Assembly: GCF_052425735.1 (NCBI RefSeq)
Contig: NC_135768.1
Location: 21,328,001-21,392,000 of the forward strand
Direction: 5' to 3'
Length of the DNA: 64,000 nucleotides
Source of the DNA: Oculina patagonica
Lineage: Eukaryota
Shown here: piece by piece, positions 58,460 to 64,000 of the stretch
Position numbering within the stretch: the first letter of the stretch is position 1
Layout: every line of letters starts with the position of its first letter
The notes under the pieces: generated by a model
Seen by the model: only the letters and a program-made list of their open reading frames with translations
What the model was told of the DNA's origin: nothing
Database searches by the model: none
Made by a program: the position numbers and the translations under genes

Positions 58460-60394
58460 TCTGTGTGCCTTTCGTTAGAGAACTTTGTACTTTAGAACTG
58501 GAATCTGACATCTAATCATATTAAACTTTAAAACACCATCGAAGGCAAGTTGAAATACCGAGCCGCTTGTTAAATGGTCTGTTCTTATGGAGGAGATATC
58601 GTAAGCTCAAAAAAAGTAAGCTACGCTTATTTGGGAGGGTCACGTGGTTTCCTTGAAGTCAGAAGAGTAATATGCTACAACTGCCAGGACAAAATTCAAC
58701 TTTGAATGAGATATATTGCATAAAAAGGCCACTGCCTTACTACACACGCCTGAAATTGTGGCCGTACAGGGTAACTTTGGAGTGAAAAATAAAATGGTTC
58801 AGCTAAAGCACTGTCCTTATCAAAACGAAAATCCGATTTTTAATTGCTCTGGTTAACGTTATGTGCCGTGCAACACAAGGGCACTTTGTATGGTTTAGCA
58901 GCTCATATGTCAAAAGACAAGGAAGGCTTTTAGTGGCTCGAAGATTTGCGAATTAGATTTGAAGTAAGTCAGGAATGTGGAATCGAGTTTCCCTGAGGAG
59001 AGACGACTGCACAAAGGTTAAAAATTAGAGTTTTACAAACATAAAATAACACGCAAAGTCAAAGAGAGGAAGTTTATTTCAACACGAACTAGAATGACAA
59101 AAACTAGACCCTTAATTTAAGTTTTACACAGCTTCTTAGAAACATAACATGCATGTTTGAAAAATGCAAAATTGAGACGTTTGATAAGAAGGTTCGAATT
59201 CTCGATGACAGTCCACTTCAAGGCTCTTTGATATTAAACGGAAAGCCCTTAAGTCCTGAAGTATTCATTTATACCAATTTACTCAAAACAATTGATTGAC
59301 TTTGCATTACTCGAAAAGTTGCTACGATTTTAAAATGGTGTCAGAGTTTTTTGTACAAAGGTTAAGGCATAACAGTTTTACAAACATAAAAAACTACGCA
59401 ATCAACGTCAAAGAAAGGAAAGTTTTTCTTAGATGAGCTAGAAAGACAAATACTATATATATATGATTTAAAATCAGTTGACACTCTTTCATAGAATCAT
59501 TACTCCTTTATGAAATGTTTCGTTTGGATGCTTGACGAAAAAAATGAATTGTTTAATATCCGATGACACGCGTCCACTATTTCTAGCCGGCTTCTGGATT
59601 TACGGTAAGCTGAAAATTAGTCAAGTACCTGTGTATTTTATGCCAGTTTAATCAAACGAACTGTAAATTACTTGAAAAACTGATGAGAATTTTTAAGCGA
59701 ATTCAAAGCGATAAAAGTGGTGTTGGATAAGGTGTTAATCGAGAACAAATTTCATATAACGAGACAATCTTATTATTTTATTTTGAAAAGTGGAAACCAG
59801 TTTTCCATTATTAGATTCATTATTCAGAAACCAATGGCGATAGATACCGTTATTATGAGATGTAGTGTCTTCCACTGTCGCCGTCAAGAACGTTTTTAAT
59901 TTGATTTAATTTTTCCAAGCTTTTGGCAAAAAGATTTATTCCTGGGATCAGAACCAGCAGAAGCTTCGTTAAAATATATTTTCCTGGGAAGTTCAGCTTC
60001 AAAGCATAAAAAGTCTGCATACCATTTAATTAGCTTATAATTGCTTTCTATAGTTGAGTAATATCGGCGCCTAAATTATAAGGTTAAAAAGCGGGATTTT
60101 CCTGATCTTGACTGAATTATTTTAAATTAAATTAGTCTTAAGGGGTTAACGAATATATTCATTCCACGAGCCGAGCCTAATTCCTCTAAAGTAGGTACTC
60201 GGAAATGAGCTGTCTGAAACAGTTAATTAAGTACTTGATTGATTTCCTTTTAATTTGAAAACGGCTAAGTCGATACGCCACGCTGTTCAGCAGGAATTAC
60301 AGCTTTCAGCAACTCTGACTCAGACGCTGATGTTGTGCATGTATCTCGCTCCATCCAGGATTATAAATAGCTACCGGCGAACAGTTAACAAATG

Positions 60395-60990
60395 AAATTA
60401 TTATACGTTAGAATTACTTTGAAACATGTGATTAGTCGAAAGCATTCAGTCAATATACAGTAGCGTGTGAAGGGTCTGTGAACTTGACATGATAACCCAA
60501 TATCTGCAGCAGATATTGGGTTATCATGTCGAGTTCAAAGTCCGCCTAGTTTCCAAGCACCTCGTCCGTGTAGTGCTGTCAAACTTTTCAAAATGTGGCT
60601 GAGCGATTCGCCTCCGTTTCCGAAGAGGAATTGAAAGTTTTGATCGAGAACAAAGATTCTAAAACACCAAGAGAACAACAAAAACAAGTGTAAAAATTCT
60701 GAATGAATATTCGAGGGAGAAGAACCTGGAGGAACCACAAGATAAAACCGCTTTGGCCAATGTACTGACGAAGTTTTACGCCGGCGCTGGAAAAAGTGAT
60801 GGCAGTCTTCGTTTACAAATTTTATGGAAACGTATAATAAAACAATTATTGACTTCGGTTTTCGCATGATATCGTGAATTATCAAAACCTCGTGTCTGTG
60901 TTATCTGCCTCAGCCTTCGGTTTTGGCAGATAACACAGACCTCGGTTTTGATAATTCACGATATCATGCTCAACCTCATCCAATAATTGC
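60395..60990 (+). mobile_element. Non-autonomous Crypton-derived element
   Basis: Frameshifted remnant RFASVSEEELKVLIENKDSK/TKRTTKTSVKILNEY...LANVLTKFYAGAGKSDGS resembles the N-terminus of Crypton/DUF3504 tyrosine recombinases. Long terminal hairpin 60838-60989 and internal palindrome 60480-60536. Confidence 0.7.
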
Positions 60991-62304
60991 TTCATGTCAG
61001 GAGGTAACCTTGAACAGATTAGCATCCCATTCAGGTAGGGAGAGGGGGGGGGGGAGAAAGTCGGCACTTTTCTTTGAAGACATAGCAGTGCCGGGCAACG
61101 GTGCGAGTCTGTGTCAATTAAGCCGTTGCTAAGAAAGATGTCACCCAAAGTTTTGTTTTTGTCAGAAAGATTTAAATATCAATGACTGCATGCGTGTGAA
61201 ATGCAAATAGTGGCTGTTTTTGTGTTGGATGTTTCACGCCGCCGAGATGATTTTTGTATTTTCGGCCAGATTTCTCACCTGATGTTTCACGTCACTGAGA
61301 ATGTTTTGGCGGCGTGGAATAACAAGCAAAAAATTTGTCACGGTTGGCATTTAACAACCTAAAAGTTGGTAAACCATTTCAGAATCATTGGAGTTATTTT
61401 ATTTATTATAATTCGCAAGCTTTACTTTTGCGAGACTGGACACCGTTATATATCACTGTTTGTTGTTGTTTTTAGGTCGTTCTGCGCGCGTGGATGTTAG
61501 AGGGATTAAGCAAAATCAATTCGAAAGGTTGGCCCTTGGTTTATTAATAGAATTCGATGTCCCGTTAGAAAGCTAACTTGGTTTATTCAGTCAGTCAGTA
61601 GATGACTGAAGGCATTCTTGCAAGCTGTATTCCAACTATCACAAACTAAACCAATCTTGCCCAGTGCAAATTACTTCGGTTACCTTGCGCGTGATAAAAT
61701 TCGCGGTTAGGCTTAAGCAATTTCCGGGTTGATTCCAAATCCTTTCGATATCTCTGCCTTTGTGACATACATTTAAAAGCATTCGATAAACAAAACACTT
61801 GAAAGGGATTAGCAGCTCTTTATTAAACCACAATACGACTTTCAGTGGTTCAATAGTCTATAAACTTCTCGTGATTGATATTTTTGTCTTGGGAACGTTT
61901 TGCACGTGCATTAGACTTGAAGTACTTGTAAGCCAGAAAAGTGAGAACGAGTTTCCAGTGCGATCAAAACAGGAGACAGTGCAAAGGTTTAAACGAAGTA
62001 ACAACTAACAAAGCAACAACAACAGCAGCAAATACGTAATCAACGCCAAAGAAAGTTATTGCAAAACGTGCTACAAAGATGAAGAACATGCACACGATTT
62101 GTGTTTAACGTTACATCGTTACATTTTCGAATCATAGCTTCGTTATAAAAACGTTTTACAAGGAACTTTGAAAAAAAATTCATTTTCTTAATTGAATCGA
62201 ATTGAAGGTATTTAGGTTTAGTAAAAGACAAATATTTGGTGCCTGAACTGGACCTAATAATGTAGAACTGGTTACCGCTTCTCTAAATTGACATACTGTA
62301 TTAA

Positions 62305-62838
62305 GGGCCTGATTACATGAGCCGGGCTGGCCCGGTTAGCCGGGCTGGCTCGGTTTGCCGAGATGACTTTCAGCTCGGTATTACATGAGCCCGGTTAGCC
62401 GGGCTGGCCCGGTTTGCCGAGATGACTTTCAGCCCGGTTTTAGCATGAATGATCAGAGCACGAATGATCTTGATCTCCTTTTTCCGGCAATTTGGTGGTT
62501 AATTTTTTGCACTTATGCAGCTGGATGGGTTACGTTACCTCTACATCGTATTTAGAAGGAGTAGCATTGATTTTTTCGTCGGATATTGTGCTCGGAAGAG
62601 AAATTTAATGCTGGCCCGCTTAGCCGGGCTGGCCCGGTTAACGCGATTACATGGAAAATTTTCAGCCCGGCTAGCCGAGATCCCGGCATCGCGATAATGG
62701 GATCTCGGCTAGCCGGGCTGGCCCGGTTGTCATGTAATCGCAAAGTTGATTTTTGTTGCGTTTAACAGACGTGCCGAGATCTCGGCAAACCGAGCCAGCC
62801 CGGCTAACCGGGCCAGCCCGGCTCATGTAATCAGGCCC
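62305..62838. mobile_element. PIF/Harbinger-type MITE
   Basis: 60-bp perfect TIR gggcctgattacatgagccgggctggcccggttagccgggctggctcggtttgccgagat; TAA TSD. Confidence 0.92.
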
Positions 62839-62945
62839 TAAGAGTTCCTTTTATCGATCAACAACACCTTATTTAAAAACCTCTTTCATAGCTTTTAAAT
62901 CGCTTAAAAATTCTTATCAGTTTTTCAAGTAAATTTAAGTTCGTT

Positions 62946-63133
62946 TGTGTTATAATTGGCATAACATACATTGGAACTTGACCACTTTTTTGCTGATCTT
63001 AAATACAGTAGAGCTTGAATAATTGGACTTGTCTTCGATTGTGTTATAATTGGCATAACATACATTGGAACTTGACCACTTTTTGGCTGATCTTAAATAC
63101 AGTAGAGCTTGAATAATTGGACTTGTCTTCGAT
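62946..63133. repeat. ~94-bp direct tandem duplication
   Basis: tgtgttataattggcataacatacattggaacttgaccac...ggacttgtcttcgat twice, near-identical. Confidence 0.9.
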
Positions 63134-64000
63134 TCGTCAAGCGTCTAAATGCAAGATTTCATAAAGAAGTTACGATTGTACGAAAAAGTGTTGAAACTTA
63201 ACTGATCTTAAATCGTGTGTAATATTTGTCTTTAGTTTCTAGCTGGTATGAAAAAAAAAGCTATTCTTCTTTGACGTTGATTGCGTGTTTTTTATGTTTG
63301 TAAAACTGTTATGCCTTAACCTTTGCACAAAAAAACTCTGACCCCATTTTAAAAATAGTAGCAACTTTTCGAGTAATGCAAAGTCAATTAATTGATTTGA
63401 GTAAATTGGTATGAATGAATACTTCAGTGTAAAGGGCTCTTCGTTTAAATGTCGAAGAGCTGTTAAGTGGACAGTCATCGAGAATTTGAACTATTATTAT
63501 TATGTTTCTAAGAAGCAGTGTTAAAAAAAAACGTTAAGGGTCTAGTTCTAGTTCATATTGAAATAAATTTCCTCCTTTTGACTTCGATTGCGTGTTTTTT
63601 TATGTTTGTAAAACTCTAATTTTTAACCTTTGTACAGACACCTCTTTTCAGGGAAACTCGATTCCACGTTCCTGACTTACTTCAAATCTAATTCGGGAAA
63701 ATACTGAGGCTTAGACTTCCTCTCTTTCTGTCAAAAGCCTTCCTTGTCTTTTGACATACGAACGGCTAAACCCTGCAAAGTGTTTGATTTATTAAGTGCT
63801 TTTCAATGCACGGCACATAACGTTAACCAGAACTATTACGGATTTTCGTTCTGATTGGGACATTGCTTTAGCTGAACCATTTTATCTTTCAAAGTTACTC
63901 TGTACGGTCATAATTCCAGGCGTGTGTGGATTTGTAGTAAGGCAGTGGCCTTTTTTATACAATATATCTCATTCGAAGTTGAATTCTGTCCTAGCCGGTT

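Overview
AT-rich, intron-containing animal DNA. The repeat families suggest a cnidarian, probably a stony coral (inference). The left end holds the first seven coding exons of a GRASP55/GORASP2 gene on the minus strand, running off the window, with introns inflated by nested transposons. The rest is a rearranged segmental-duplication cluster of an unrecognised two-exon gene. It encodes a ~277-aa type I membrane protein: signal peptide, furin-type RRIKR site, Cys-free S/T/N-rich ectodomain, one TM helix and a short basic tail. There are three intact minus-strand copies, one frameshifted and truncated plus-strand copy, and the upstream region of a probable further plus-strand copy at the right edge. 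The most unusual structure is 20099-26144, a TTAA-flanked foldback DNA transposon. Its left arm was broken and filled from both ends by a head-to-head chain of two different hammerhead-bearing Penelope-like retroelements (PLEs). Neither PLE has a C-terminal GIY-YIG domain, and one has also lost its RT. Also present are a 6.6-kb TTAA-flanked TIR element, a Tx1/L1 relic shared by two paralogs, a Crypton-derived element and many MITEs. There are no prokaryotic features, CRISPR arrays or credible tRNA/rRNA genes. All alignments and folds were done by eye.
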